Positions 1 through 9,487 of a DNA stretch of 32,000 nucleotides are shown here, piece after piece. The stretch covers positions 1,560,001-1,592,000 of the forward strand of contig NZ_CP027570.1 in NCBI RefSeq assembly GCF_003010495.1. Direction: 5' to 3'. Within the stretch, counting starts at the first letter, position 1, and the number at the start of each line of letters is the position of its first letter. The position numbers were made by a program, and so were the translations under genes. The DNA is from Megasphaera elsdenii DSM 20460 (lineage in GTDB: Bacteria > Bacillota > Negativicutes > Veillonellales > Megasphaeraceae). The notes under the pieces are model-generated. The model was not told where the DNA came from, made no database searches, and saw only the letters and a program-made list of their open reading frames with translations.

Positions 1-514
1 TACGGCGATGATCGAAGTCCACAAGTACTTCCGCAACGACGAACATATCCAGATCCTCCACGTCACGGGGGACCATGAATACGACCGCGTCGTCAAACAG
101 CTGCCAGGTATCGAATGTCGCGGCCGTTATGGCAAGGGAAGCCGCATCATCCCTTATCTGCACCACATGCCGGAAGCCTTGGCCGCTTGTGACCTGGCCG
201 TGTACCGGGCCGGGGCTGTCGGGCTGGCTGAACTGACTGTCCGCGGCGTGCCGTCGATCCTCATTCCCTATCCGTACGCAGCCGAAGACCACCAGCGCTA
301 CAATGCCCAGGCCCTGGTCATGTGCGGTGCGGCCAAGATGATCCTCGACAAGATGCTGACTGGCCGGGAATTGTTGGAAGAAATCATTCATTTAAAAGAC
401 GATCCGAAGGCGCTGGCAGCGATGGCACAGGCCAGCCGCTCCATGGGCAAGCCCCAGGCGGCACATGATATTGCTGAACTGGCCCTGTCCATTGCCCGTA
501 AACGTCGTCGGTAA
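1..514 (+). CDS. murG: MurG (lipid I GlcNAc transferase, GT28), C-terminal part; the 5' end lies outside the window
   Basis: The ORF is open from the window edge. VYRAGAVGLAELTVRGVPSILIPYPYAAEDHQRYNAQALVMCGAAKMI resembles the C-terminal UDP-GlcNAc-binding half of MurG. It sits directly upstream of murC in a dcw cluster. Confidence 0.85.
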   Translation, partial: TAMIEVHKYFRNDEHIQILHVTGDHEYDRVVKQLPGIECRGRYGKGSRIIPYLHHMPEALAACDLAVYRAGAVGLAELTVRGVPSILIPYPYAAEDHQRYNAQALVMCGAAKMILDKMLTGRELLEEIIHLKDDPKALAAMAQASRSMGKPQAAHDIAELALSIARKRRR

Positions 515-527
515 CAGGTAAAGAAGG

Positions 528-1931
528 GTGTGGAATAAACCTATGGTTAATCTGAACGAGGTTACAAACGTTCATTTTATCGGCATTGCCGGCGCCGGAA
601 TGCGGGCAATTGCCAATGTTTTCATTGAAAAAGGATATCATGTATCCGGTTCGGATCTCAAAGCGTCGCCGGTGACGGAACAGTTCGCGAAAAAAGGGGC
701 CCGTATCTGCATCGGCCAGCGTCCGGAAAATCTGAAGGATGCCCAGGTCGTCGTCATTTCGTCGGCCATCCGCGATACTAACGTAGAACTGGCCGAAGCG
801 CGCCGCCGCGGGATTCCGGTCATCCATCGGTCCGATGCCCTGGTCCACATCATGAGCTGGGGGAAGGGGATTTCTGTAGCCGGTGCCCATGGCAAGACGA
901 CGACGTCGTCCATGCTGGGCCAGGTCTTCGAAGAATGTCATCAGGACCCGACCATCGTCATCGGCGGCGAAGTCGATTACCTGCATAGCAATTCCATCCT
1001 GGGGAAAGGCCCTTATGTTATTGCCGAAGCCGATGAAAGCGATGGGACTTTCCTCAAGCAGAACCCTTATATTGCCGTCGTCACCAATATCGACGCCGAC
1101 CATATGGACCATTATGGCTCGCTGGACAACGTCATCGACGCCTTCAAGCAGTTCATCCAGAAGCTCGATCCCCAGGATGGCCTGGCTGTCCTGTGCTTTG
1201 AAAACGATAAGATCCGGGCCCTGGCTCCGAAGACGGAACGGCGTTATGTATCGTATGGCCTTGAACAGCCGGCGGACTATCAGGCCAAAGACCTTCATTA
1301 CATCAAGGGCAAGCTCCATTTCTCCGTCTATAAGCATGGCGAAAAAATGGGGGACATGGTCCTCAACGTACCGGGGCGCCATAACGTCCTCAACGCACTG
1401 GCGACAACAGCCGTCGCCGATGCCTGCGGCCTTCCCTTTGAAGGCATCGCTTCGGCTATGAGTCATTTCCACGGTGCCAAACGGCGTTTCCAGACCAAGG
1501 GCTTTGTCGGCGACGTCTGGGTCGTCGATGATTACGCCCATCATCCGACGGAAATCAATGCGACCCTGACAGCAGCCCGCGATATGGGGACGCACCGCGT
1601 GGTCTGCCTCTTCCAGCCGCATCGCTATACGCGGACGAAACTGCTCCTCGACCAGTATGGCAGCGCCTTTGCCAAGGCTGATAAGCTCATCATCACCGAC
1701 GTCTACAGTGCCGGTGAAGACCCCATTCCCGGCGTGTCGGGAGAACTCATTGCCCGGAAGGTCAAGGAAACGACAGGGCAGGATGTCACCTATATCCCGC
1801 ATAAGGAAGATTTAGTGGCTTATTTGAAGGAAAATTCCCGTCCCCTCGACCTGGTCATCACCATGGGAGCCGGAGATATTTATAAAGTCGGCGAAGCCTA
1901 TCTCGCTGAAGCTAAAGAAATGGAGAAATAA
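528..1931 (+). CDS. murC: UDP-N-acetylmuramate--L-alanine ligase
   Basis: 467-aa ORF with N-terminal HFIGIAGAGMRAIA and the Mur-ligase P-loop GAHGKTTTSSM; the length is typical of MurC. The start is uncertain: GTG 528 (AGGT 8 nt upstream) or ATG 543. Confidence 0.9.
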   Translation: MWNKPMVNLNEVTNVHFIGIAGAGMRAIANVFIEKGYHVSGSDLKASPVTEQFAKKGARICIGQRPENLKDAQVVVISSAIRDTNVELAEARRRGIPVIHRSDALVHIMSWGKGISVAGAHGKTTTSSMLGQVFEECHQDPTIVIGGEVDYLHSNSILGKGPYVIAEADESDGTFLKQNPYIAVVTNIDADHMDHYGSLDNVIDAFKQFIQKLDPQDGLAVLCFENDKIRALAPKTERRYVSYGLEQPADYQAKDLHYIKGKLHFSVYKHGEKMGDMVLNVPGRHNVLNALATTAVADACGLPFEGIASAMSHFHGAKRRFQTKGFVGDVWVVDDYAHHPTEINATLTAARDMGTHRVVCLFQPHRYTRTKLLLDQYGSAFAKADKLIITDVYSAGEDPIPGVSGELIARKVKETTGQDVTYIPHKEDLVAYLKENSRPLDLVITMGAGDIYKVGEAYLAEAKEMEK

Positions 1932-1935
1932 GGAA

Positions 1936-2874
1936 ATGGAAGACATGAAAGATAAAAAAATTGCCGTCGTCGTCGGCGGTCCTTCGACAGAAGCAGAAGT
2001 ATCGCGCCGCACTGGGGCTGCCATTGCTGACGCTCTGACGAAAAAGGGATACCACATCGAAATGATGGAACTCGTACCGAAAGAATTTGCCAAGACCTTG
2101 ACGGAAAAGGGCATCGACATCGTCTTCAACGCCCTTCATGGCCGCTACGGCGAAGACGGCGTCATCCAGGGCTTATGCGAAATGATGGGGATCCCCTATA
2201 CCGGCCCGGGCGTCATGGCCAGTGCCGTCGGTATGAACAAGGTCATGAGCAAGGCCGCTTTCCAGGGCGCCGGCATCGCCACGGCTCCTTTCGCTTATTA
2301 CTTCGCGACGCAGGACCGCGATGCCATCGTCTCCGATATTGAACAGCGCTTCGACCTGCCTGTCGTCATCAAGTCGTCTGGCCAGGGTTCGAGCATCGGC
2401 ACGGTCATCGTCCAGACGAAAGATGAACTCCGTCCGGCTTTGGAAGAAGCCTTCAAGTACAGTGCGTCCCTGGTAGCTGAAGCTTTCATCGACGGTGATG
2501 AATTTACCGTAGCCGTCATGGACGACGTAGCTTTCCCGGTCATCCAGATCGTGTCCAGCACGGGCAAGTACGACTTCTATTCCAAATATGCACCGGGCGT
2601 AGCAAAGCATCTCTGCCCGGCTCCGATTTCGCCGGAACTGACCAAGGAAATGCAGGACCTGGCTTTGAATGTCTTCCACCTGTGCCACTGCAGTGGCGTA
2701 TCCCGCGTCGATATCATGACCGACAAGGAAGGGCACCCCTTCGTCCTGGAAATCAATACCGTACCGGGGATGACGGCGACCAGCCTGGTCCCCGATGCCG
2801 CCCGGGCCATGGGCCTGTCCTTTGAAGATTTGTGTGAAAAGATTTTGCTGGAAGCATCGGTAGGTAAGTTTTAA
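1936..2874 (+). CDS. ddl: D-alanine--D-alanine ligase
   Basis: 312-aa ATP-grasp protein with KIAVVVGGPSTEAEVS at the N-terminus and EINTVPGMT near the C-terminus. ATG 1945 is an alternative start with better AAGGAA spacing. Confidence 0.9.
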   Translation: MEDMKDKKIAVVVGGPSTEAEVSRRTGAAIADALTKKGYHIEMMELVPKEFAKTLTEKGIDIVFNALHGRYGEDGVIQGLCEMMGIPYTGPGVMASAVGMNKVMSKAAFQGAGIATAPFAYYFATQDRDAIVSDIEQRFDLPVVIKSSGQGSSIGTVIVQTKDELRPALEEAFKYSASLVAEAFIDGDEFTVAVMDDVAFPVIQIVSSTGKYDFYSKYAPGVAKHLCPAPISPELTKEMQDLALNVFHLCHCSGVSRVDIMTDKEGHPFVLEINTVPGMTATSLVPDAARAMGLSFEDLCEKILLEASVGKF

Positions 2875-3785
2875 TGAGAAAGAAATCATATCATACGGGG
2901 CAGCGACGGGTCGTGCTGCCTAACGATCCTCATGATGTGTTTATTCCTCCTCATCTTGAGAACGACCCGCTGAACGAACCGGACCGGGAAGCGCTGGCTG
3001 CCAAGAAAGAAGCCAAGCGCCGTCGCAAGGCCCGTCAGGCTGCGCGGCTGAAGAAGAAACGGGCTCATCAGAAAAAAGTCTGGGCCCGGCGCCGCCGGAT
3101 CGGCTGCATCTTTACGATTCTCGGCGTCTTCGTCCTTTGGCTGTTCCTGCGGCTGGCTCCCGTTTCTTTCGGGACGATCATCGTCGATGGCAATGAAAAC
3201 ATGTCCTTTGAAGACGTCTACCGGGCCTGCGGGGCCTATTCCTATGTCAATGTCGTCCAGCTGTCGACAGACGAGGTGGAAGACCGGCTGAAGAAGGACC
3301 TGCGCATTGCCGATGCGACGGTTACGCGGGAGTTCCCGGCGACGATCCACGTCACCTTGACGGAACGCAAGCCGGCAGCTGTCATTACGACGCTCTACGG
3401 CTTTGCCTATGTCGACAAGACGGGGCGGGTCATCGAACTGGGGCCGCAGATCAAAGGCGTATCCCTGCCGATCATGACGGGCAAGAAAGTCGATAACCTG
3501 CTCTTAGGGGATACGGTGACCGACCCGACGCTCCATTCGGCCATGGTCTATCTCCAAAGCCTGCCGCCGGATATCCTCAAGGATATTGCAGAAATCAACG
3601 TGGGCAATCCCGAAAGTCTCGTCGCCTATACGACCGATTCCGTCCCCATCCACCTCGGCAGCGGCGATGAACCGGCAGAACGGGCGAAACTGACAGAAAC
3701 GCTGCTGGCTGAAGTTCAGGAAAATCATCTGGCCGTCCAATACATCGACACGGATGTGCGCTCGCCCCTTGTCAAGACGAAATAA
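2874..3785 (+). CDS. ftsQ: Cell division protein FtsQ/DivIB (POTRA domain)
   Basis: It has a long basic N-terminal tail, one TM helix (IGCIFTILGVFVLWLFL), then a POTRA-like segment (IIVDGNENMSFEDV...). The ATG overlaps the ddl stop (TAATG). It lies between ddl and ftsZ. Confidence 0.8.
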   Translation: MRKKSYHTGQRRVVLPNDPHDVFIPPHLENDPLNEPDREALAAKKEAKRRRKARQAARLKKKRAHQKKVWARRRRIGCIFTILGVFVLWLFLRLAPVSFGTIIVDGNENMSFEDVYRACGAYSYVNVVQLSTDEVEDRLKKDLRIADATVTREFPATIHVTLTERKPAAVITTLYGFAYVDKTGRVIELGPQIKGVSLPIMTGKKVDNLLLGDTVTDPTLHSAMVYLQSLPPDILKDIAEINVGNPESLVAYTTDSVPIHLGSGDEPAERAKLTETLLAEVQENHLAVQYIDTDVRSPLVKTK

Positions 3786-3904
3786 GACGCATAGGGCCTT
3801 GATTTTCAAAAACAGGTAGATAAATTTTCTAAGATAGTGTAAAATAATAAGGAATCCTACTGCACAGGGTGTGCGTTATAGAGTCTGAAGGAGGAAAATG
3901 CGAT

Positions 3905-4942
3905 ATGGCAGAGTTTGCAAATATAAAAGTAATAGGTGTCGGTGGCGGCGGTAACAACGCTGTCAACCGTATGATAGAAAGCGGCTTGCAGGGCGTCCAG
4001 TTCATTTCGGTCAATACGGAAGACCAGGTCCTGGAAGTATCGAAAGCCGATGTCAAGATCCAGATCGGTGAAAAATTGACGCGCGGTCTCGGTGCCGGCG
4101 CCAATCCCCAGGTCGGTGAACAGGCTGCCCTGGAAAGCAAAGAAGAAATCGTCAAGGCCCTGCAGGGTGCGGACATGGTCTTCGTCACGGCCGGCATGGG
4201 CGGCGGTACCGGTACCGGTGCAGCTCCTATCGTTGCCGAATGTGCCAAGGAAATGGGCGCCCTCACGGTAGCTGTCGTTACCAAACCGTTCTCCTTTGAA
4301 GGGAAACGCCGTAAGGAAGTCGCTGATAAAGGCGCAGACTACTTGAAAGAAAAAGTCGATACGATCATCACCATCCCGAACGATAAATTGCTCCAGATCA
4401 TCGACAAGAAGACGCCCCTCAAGGATGCCTTCCTCGTCGCTGACGATGTCCTCCGCCAGGGCGTACAGGGCATTTCCGACTTGATTACGACGACGGGTCT
4501 CATCAACCTCGACTTCGCCGATGTCAAGACGATCATGTCCGACCAGGGCGAAGCTATCATGGGTATCGGCGTCGGCTCCGGCGAAAACCGTGCTGTCGAA
4601 GCTGTCGATGGGGCTATCCACAGCGCCCTCCTGGAAACGAGCATCGACGGTGCCCAGAGCATCTTGCTCAACGTTACCGGCGGCCCGGACATCAGCTTGT
4701 ACGAAATCAACGAAGCAGCTGAAAAAGTGGCTGAAGCTGTCGATCCGGAAGCCAATATCATCTTTGGTTCCGTCATTGATCCGGATATGGAAGATTCCAT
4801 CCGCATCACTGTCGTAGCTACTGGTTTTGGCAAAGAACCGTCTTCGATTCCCGCATTTGGCCAGGGCAATGGTACGGCTGCGAAAACCGGCGATACGAAA
4901 GACAATGCCGGCGGCGTAGAAATTCCTACGTGGATGAGATAA
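3905..4942 (+). CDS. ftsZ: Cell division GTPase FtsZ
   Basis: [16 protein letters not shown] and the tubulin signature [10 protein letters not shown] are present. GGAGG (3889-3893) lies 11 nt upstream of ATG 3905. The track ORF starts at GTG 3869, which has no RBS. Confidence 0.93.
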   Translation: MAEFANIKVIGVGGGGNNAVNRMIESGLQGVQFISVNTEDQVLEVSKADVKIQIGEKLTRGLGAGANPQVGEQAALESKEEIVKALQGADMVFVTAGMGGGTGTGAAPIVAECAKEMGALTVAVVTKPFSFEGKRRKEVADKGADYLKEKVDTIITIPNDKLLQIIDKKTPLKDAFLVADDVLRQGVQGISDLITTTGLINLDFADVKTIMSDQGEAIMGIGVGSGENRAVEAVDGAIHSALLETSIDGAQSILLNVTGGPDISLYEINEAAEKVAEAVDPEANIIFGSVIDPDMEDSIRITVVATGFGKEPSSIPAFGQGNGTAAKTGDTKDNAGGVEIPTWMR

Positions 4943-4950
4943 TCAGCATG

Positions 4951-4984
4951 AAAAAAGCGGATCCCGGCGGACCCGCTTTTTTTT
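4951..4984 (+). terminator. Rho-independent terminator after ftsZ
   Basis: AAAAAAGCGGATCC-CGGC-GGACCCGC hairpin followed by T8 (4977-4984). Confidence 0.75.
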
Positions 4985-5020
4985 AAAAATATCGTCGAGA
5001 ACAAGGTTGGAGGAAGAAAC

Positions 5021-5485
5021 ATGAGATGCCCCTTTTGCCAATGTGCAGATACAAAAGTAACGGATTCGCGGGCTACCGATGACGGCAAGGCCATCCGCCG
5101 CCGCCGCGAATGTCAGAAGTGCGGCCGCCGTTTCACGACGTATGAAATGGTCGAAGAAGTGCCGCTCATCGTCGTCAAGAAGGATGGCCGCCATGAATTG
5201 TTCGACCGCAACAAACTGCTGAACGGCCTGCTCAGGGCCTGCAACAAGCGGGAAGTCAAGCGGCAGCAGCTGGAAGACATCGTCACCAAGGTCGAACGCA
5301 ATATCCGCAATACCCTGGCCCAGGAAGTGTCCAGCGAGAAAATAGGGGAAATGGTCCTCGGTGAACTGCGCTCTGTCGACGAAGTGGCTTATATCCGCTT
5401 TGCCTCTGTCTACCGCGAATTTGCCGATTTGGAAAGTTTCATGGCCGAACTGCAGCACCTCATGGGAACGAAAGAAAAGAAATAA
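5021..5485 (+). CDS. nrdR: Transcriptional repressor NrdR
   Basis: MRCPFCQ...CQKCGRRFTTYE zinc ribbon followed by an ATP-cone; 154 aa. RBS GGAGGAAG lies upstream. Confidence 0.93.
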   Translation: MRCPFCQCADTKVTDSRATDDGKAIRRRRECQKCGRRFTTYEMVEEVPLIVVKKDGRHELFDRNKLLNGLLRACNKREVKRQQLEDIVTKVERNIRNTLAQEVSSEKIGEMVLGELRSVDEVAYIRFASVYREFADLESFMAELQHLMGTKEKK

Positions 5486-5507
5486 GAGACTGGAATCGAG
5501 GAACACT

Positions 5508-6989
5508 ATGACAGAAAATTATATCGATCATTTTTTGAACCATGTCCTGCCGGAATTGCGCATTGCCGTCATCGGTGACATCATGGTCGACCGCTATGTG
5601 TTCGGCAAGGTCGAACGCATTTCGCCGGAAGCGCCGGTGCCTGTCAATAAAGTCGATCACATGACGTCCGTCCTGGGCGGGGCTGCCAACGTAGCCTCGA
5701 ATCTGGCTAATCTCGACTGCCACGTCTTCTTGGCCGGCCTCATCGGCGACGATGAAAATGCAGTCCTCCTGCACCAGTTGCTGGAAGATGCCTATATCGA
5801 CGGCTCGGGCCTGGTCGTGCGCCAGGACCATGCGACGACGACCAAGATGCGTATCCTCGGCGCCCGTCAGCAGATGGTACGCCTGGATTTTGAAGAAGTG
5901 ACGCCCTTGGCCGTTACGGAAGAAGAACAGCTCATGAAATGGCTGTACAACTGTGTGGCTGCCGGTCTGGACGGCATCATCTTATCGGACTACAAGAAAG
6001 GTGTCCTCACCGATTCCCTGGCCCAGAGCATCATCAGAGAAGCCAACCGGGCCGGAATCCCTGTCCTGGTCGACCCTAAGGGCAGTGATTGGACGAAATA
6101 CAACGGGGCCGACTTCGTGACGCCGAACATGAAAGAACTCAGCGACTGCCTGGGCCGGTCCGTAGCCAATGAAGGCCAGGCCGTCGTGGCAGCGGCAGAA
6201 CTCCTGCATGAGCAGTATGACTTTGCCCACCTCATGGTGACCCGGTCGGAAAAGGGCATCACCGTCATCGGCAAAGACGGCAAGGTGTGGAACAATCCGG
6301 CGACGGCCCGGGAAGTCTTTGACGTATCCGGTGCCGGCGATACCGTAGCCGCCGCCTTTTTGTCGGCCATTGCCGGTCATTTATCGATCCGCACGAGCCT
6401 GCAGATCGCCAATGCCGCAGCCGGTATCGTCGTCACCAAGGTCGGGACTTATCCCATCCATCGCCACGAATTGCTCAAGCTGTGGCAGGAATGGCAGCCG
6501 ACCCACTGGCATCCGTACCAGGCACTGAGCCGGGAAGAAGCGGCTGCAAAGATACGCCAGTGGCAGAAGAAAGGCGATACCGTCGTCTTTACCAATGGCT
6601 GCTTCGATATCCTGCACCGCGGCCATGTCCTCTATTTGCAGCAGGCCGCCATGCTGGGCCAGCACCTCGTCGTCGGCCTCAATTCCGATGCCTCTGTGAA
6701 ACGGCTGAAAGGGGAGACACGGCCGCTGGTCAAACAGGAAGACCGGGCGATCCTGCTCAGCGCCCTGGCCTGTGTCGATGAAGTCGTCATCTTCGAGGAA
6801 GATACGCCGAAAGAATTATTACAGGTCCTGCGGCCGGATATCCTGGTCAAGGGCGGAGATTATAAAGCCGATGAAGTCATCGGCCGGGAATCGGTCAAGC
6901 GCGTAGAAATCATTTCTTTTGAAGATGGTTATTCTACGACGGGACTGATTGAAAAAATAGCTGATTTAGTAAAGAAGGGGAAACTATGA
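5508..6989 (+). CDS. hldE: Bifunctional D-beta-D-heptose 7-phosphate kinase / D-beta-D-heptose 1-phosphate adenylyltransferase
   Basis: The N-terminal half is ribokinase-like (DVSGAGDTVAAAF). The C-terminal half is a cytidylyltransferase (FTNGCFDILHRGHVLYL). ATG 5508 is preceded by GAGGAA; the track ORF start at 5361 overlaps nrdR and is rejected. Confidence 0.9.
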   Translation: MTENYIDHFLNHVLPELRIAVIGDIMVDRYVFGKVERISPEAPVPVNKVDHMTSVLGGAANVASNLANLDCHVFLAGLIGDDENAVLLHQLLEDAYIDGSGLVVRQDHATTTKMRILGARQQMVRLDFEEVTPLAVTEEEQLMKWLYNCVAAGLDGIILSDYKKGVLTDSLAQSIIREANRAGIPVLVDPKGSDWTKYNGADFVTPNMKELSDCLGRSVANEGQAVVAAAELLHEQYDFAHLMVTRSEKGITVIGKDGKVWNNPATAREVFDVSGAGDTVAAAFLSAIAGHLSIRTSLQIANAAAGIVVTKVGTYPIHRHELLKLWQEWQPTHWHPYQALSREEAAAKIRQWQKKGDTVVFTNGCFDILHRGHVLYLQQAAMLGQHLVVGLNSDASVKRLKGETRPLVKQEDRAILLSALACVDEVVIFEEDTPKELLQVLRPDILVKGGDYKADEVIGRESVKRVEIISFEDGYSTTGLIEKIADLVKKGKL

Positions 6990-7951
6990 AAATTGTAACA
7001 GGTGGTGCCGGTTTTATCGGCAGCAATATCGTAAAACAATTGAACAACCGGGGCATCAACGACATCCTCATCGTCGACGACCTGACGGACGGCCGCAAAT
7101 GCCGCAACCTCCAGGGCCTCGATTTCTTTGATTATATGGACTATGCCGACTTCGATGAACAGATGGCCGACGATACCTTCGACTGCGGCTACATCGACGT
7201 CGTCTTCCATGAAGGGGCCTGCTCGGATACGATGAACTACGACGGACGCTATATGATGAAGAACAACTACGAAGGCAGCAAGAATCTCCTGCGTTACTGC
7301 ATGCAGCGCAAGATTCCCTTCCTCTATGCGTCGTCGGCTTCGACCTATGGCAGCGGCAAGAATGGCTTCCGCGAAGACCCGTCGTGTGAACAGGCTTTGA
7401 ATCCCTATGCCTATTCCAAGCTCCAGTTCGACCGCTTCGTCCGCCGCGTCCTGCCCCTGGCCAAGAGCCAGATCGTCGGCTTCCGCTATTTCAATGTCTT
7501 CGGTCCCCAGGAAAATCATAAGGACCGCATGGCTTCGCTCATTTTCCAGAAATATCATGAATTACAGGAAAAAGGGAAGATCACTCTCTTCGAAGGGACG
7601 GCAGGATATGAAAACGGCGGCCAGATCCGCGATTTCATCTATGTCAACGACGTCGTCAATGTCATCTTCTATTTCTGGGAACATCCGGAGCTGTCGGGCA
7701 TCTATAACTGCGGTACCGGCATCGGTCATACGTTCAATGAATTCGTCCAGGGCGTCATCGACTATTGCGGCAAAGGCCATATCGAATACGTGCCTTTCCC
7801 GGACATCCTCAAGGGCAAGTACCAGAGCTATACCCAGGCCGATACGACGAAGCTCATGGAAGCCGGCTATGACCGCGGCTTTACGCTGCTTCCGGAAGCC
7901 GTCAAGGAATATTGCAGCATCCTGGAAAAGAGCGACGGGTATTACGAATGA
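6986..7951 (+). CDS. hldD: ADP-L-glycero-D-manno-heptose 6-epimerase
   Basis: Rossmann motif GGAGFIGSN and SDR catalytic YAYSK; 321 aa. ATGA overlap with hldE. Confidence 0.9.
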   Translation: MKIVTGGAGFIGSNIVKQLNNRGINDILIVDDLTDGRKCRNLQGLDFFDYMDYADFDEQMADDTFDCGYIDVVFHEGACSDTMNYDGRYMMKNNYEGSKNLLRYCMQRKIPFLYASSASTYGSGKNGFREDPSCEQALNPYAYSKLQFDRFVRRVLPLAKSQIVGFRYFNVFGPQENHKDRMASLIFQKYHELQEKGKITLFEGTAGYENGGQIRDFIYVNDVVNVIFYFWEHPELSGIYNCGTGIGHTFNEFVQGVIDYCGKGHIEYVPFPDILKGKYQSYTQADTTKLMEAGYDRGFTLLPEAVKEYCSILEKSDGYYE

Positions 7952-8469
7952 GGAAGGCCGTCTTTTTCGACCGCGACGGCGTCCTCAATGTCGATAAATC
8001 CTACTTGGGCTTCATCAAGGACTTTGAATGGATGGACGGGGCCAAGGAGGCCCTGGCTTATTTGACCCGCCAGGGTTATGCCATCATCGTCGTCACCAAC
8101 CAGAGCGGTGTCGCCCGCGGCTACTATACGGAAGACGACGTCAAGGTCCTCCACGACTGGATGTGTCAGGAAGCGGCCAAGGCCGGCGGCATCATTACGG
8201 CCGTCTATTACTGCCCGTATCTCGAAGGGGCGCCGGTCAAAGCGTATGATAAGAAGAGCGACTGGCGCAAGCCGGCACCGGGCATGGTCCTGCAGGCGGC
8301 AAAAGATTACGATATCGATTTGAAGCAGTCCTTTATGATCGGCGATATGCCCCGCGACGTGGAATGTGGGCAGCGGGCCGGCATGGATGGCTATTTGTTC
8401 ACCGGCGGCAGGCTGGACGATTTCGTCCGGGCCATTGTCGCAGAAAGGAAGGGCCGTGAAAGCATATAA
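7948..8469 (+). CDS. gmhB: D-glycero-beta-D-manno-heptose 1,7-bisphosphate 7-phosphatase (HAD family)
   Basis: HAD motif I FFDRDGVLN, plus VVTNQSG and IGDMPRD. ATG 7948 forms an ATGA overlap with the hldD stop. Confidence 0.85.
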   Translation: MRKAVFFDRDGVLNVDKSYLGFIKDFEWMDGAKEALAYLTRQGYAIIVVTNQSGVARGYYTEDDVKVLHDWMCQEAAKAGGIITAVYYCPYLEGAPVKAYDKKSDWRKPAPGMVLQAAKDYDIDLKQSFMIGDMPRDVECGQRAGMDGYLFTGGRLDDFVRAIVAERKGRESI

Positions 8470-9487
8470 GAATATACTGGTCATCAAGATGAGCTCTCTC
8501 GGCGACGTCCTCCATGCCCTGCCGACGCTCTATGCATTGCGGCAGAATTGTCCCGATGCCCGCATCGTCTGGGCTGTCCATGAACAGTTTGCGCCGGTCC
8601 TGCCGGGCAGGCCCTATATTGACGAGGTCATCTATGTCGACAAGAAACGCCTGAAATCCCTGTCGTACTGGAAAGAACTGCGCCGGACACTCCACGCCTT
8701 TCATTTCGACGTGTCCTTCGATCTCCAGGGACTGGCCAAGAGCGCCATCGTCGCCTTTTTGAGCGGTGCCAGGGAACGCTATGGCTATTGGGAAATGCGC
8801 GAAGGCAGTTTCCTGGTCAGCAAGGGCCTTACAGGTCCCCATAAGTACGACCACGTCATCGAACGCTATCTCGATACGGTCCGCGTCCTCGGCGGCCGCG
8901 TCGATGCCGTCGAATTTCCATTGCCCGATATTTGCGGCGAAAAACAGGCCTGGCGCCAGCGCCTGGCAGCTGACGGCCTGACAGGTCCTTATGTGGCCAT
9001 CGTGCCCGGGGCCCGCTGGAATGTCAAGGAATGGCCTCTGTCCCATTGGCAGGCCTTCCTGCAGCGCCTGACGGCGTCCGGTATGGCTGCCGTCCTTCTG
9101 GGCAGCGGCGACGACGTCCCTAAAGGGAAGGCCCTGAAGGACCACGATTCGTCGGGCCGTGTCTTCGATTATACAGGTCGCACTGATTTACGGCAGCTCA
9201 TGGCGGCCATTGCCGAGAGCACCCTCTATATCAGTGCCGATACGGGGCCTTTGCATATTGCCAATGCCCTGAAAAAAGAACTCATCGCCCTCTTTGGGCC
9301 GACGTGTCCCCAGCGGACCGGCCCTTACGGCGGAAACGACGACGCCTATATCCATATGGTCCTGTCGCCGACGTCCCAGGCGACGCCGGAACGGCCCCTG
9401 GTCGATGATCCGGACTGCATGGCCCAGATTACGCCGGACATGCTGTGGCAGGTCTATGAAGGCGTCCTGAAGAAGGTGAAACTATGA
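8456..9487 (+). CDS. ADP-heptose:LPS heptosyltransferase (GT9), WaaC-like
   Basis: NILVIKMSSLGDVLHALP, DLQGLAKSA and DTGPLHIANAL resemble heptosyltransferase I. GTG 8456 is preceded by AAAGGAAGGG. The upstream part of the track ORF overlaps gmhB. Confidence 0.8.
   Translation: MKAYKNILVIKMSSLGDVLHALPTLYALRQNCPDARIVWAVHEQFAPVLPGRPYIDEVIYVDKKRLKSLSYWKELRRTLHAFHFDVSFDLQGLAKSAIVAFLSGARERYGYWEMREGSFLVSKGLTGPHKYDHVIERYLDTVRVLGGRVDAVEFPLPDICGEKQAWRQRLAADGLTGPYVAIVPGARWNVKEWPLSHWQAFLQRLTASGMAAVLLGSGDDVPKGKALKDHDSSGRVFDYTGRTDLRQLMAAIAESTLYISADTGPLHIANALKKELIALFGPTCPQRTGPYGGNDDAYIHMVLSPTSQATPERPLVDDPDCMAQITPDMLWQVYEGVLKKVKL

Noticed and set aside
384-1802. 472-aa minus-strand ORF antisense to murC. 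Similar cases lie at 2173-2889, 3857-4621, 4339-5094, 6929-7558 and 8399-9145.
   Set aside because: These are shadow ORFs opposite strongly supported + strand genes in GC-rich third-position coding sequence. They have no RBS, their composition is low-complexity and Arg/Asp/Gly-rich, and I see no recognisable motifs.
3786-3904. A possible hidden small gene or ftsA remnant between ftsQ and ftsZ.
   Set aside because: The gap is only 119 nt, AT-rich, with no ORF. It looks like a promoter and RBS region for ftsZ.
5361-5507. N-terminal extensions of track ORFs: hldE from 5361, ftsZ from 3869, gmhB from 7912, GT9 from 8366, thioesterases from 11542 and 12002, lon from 20937, trx from 24093, ruvX from 29181.
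   Set aside because: The extensions overlap upstream genes or lack an RBS. Internal starts with good Shine-Dalgarno spacing give N-termini matching the family norm.
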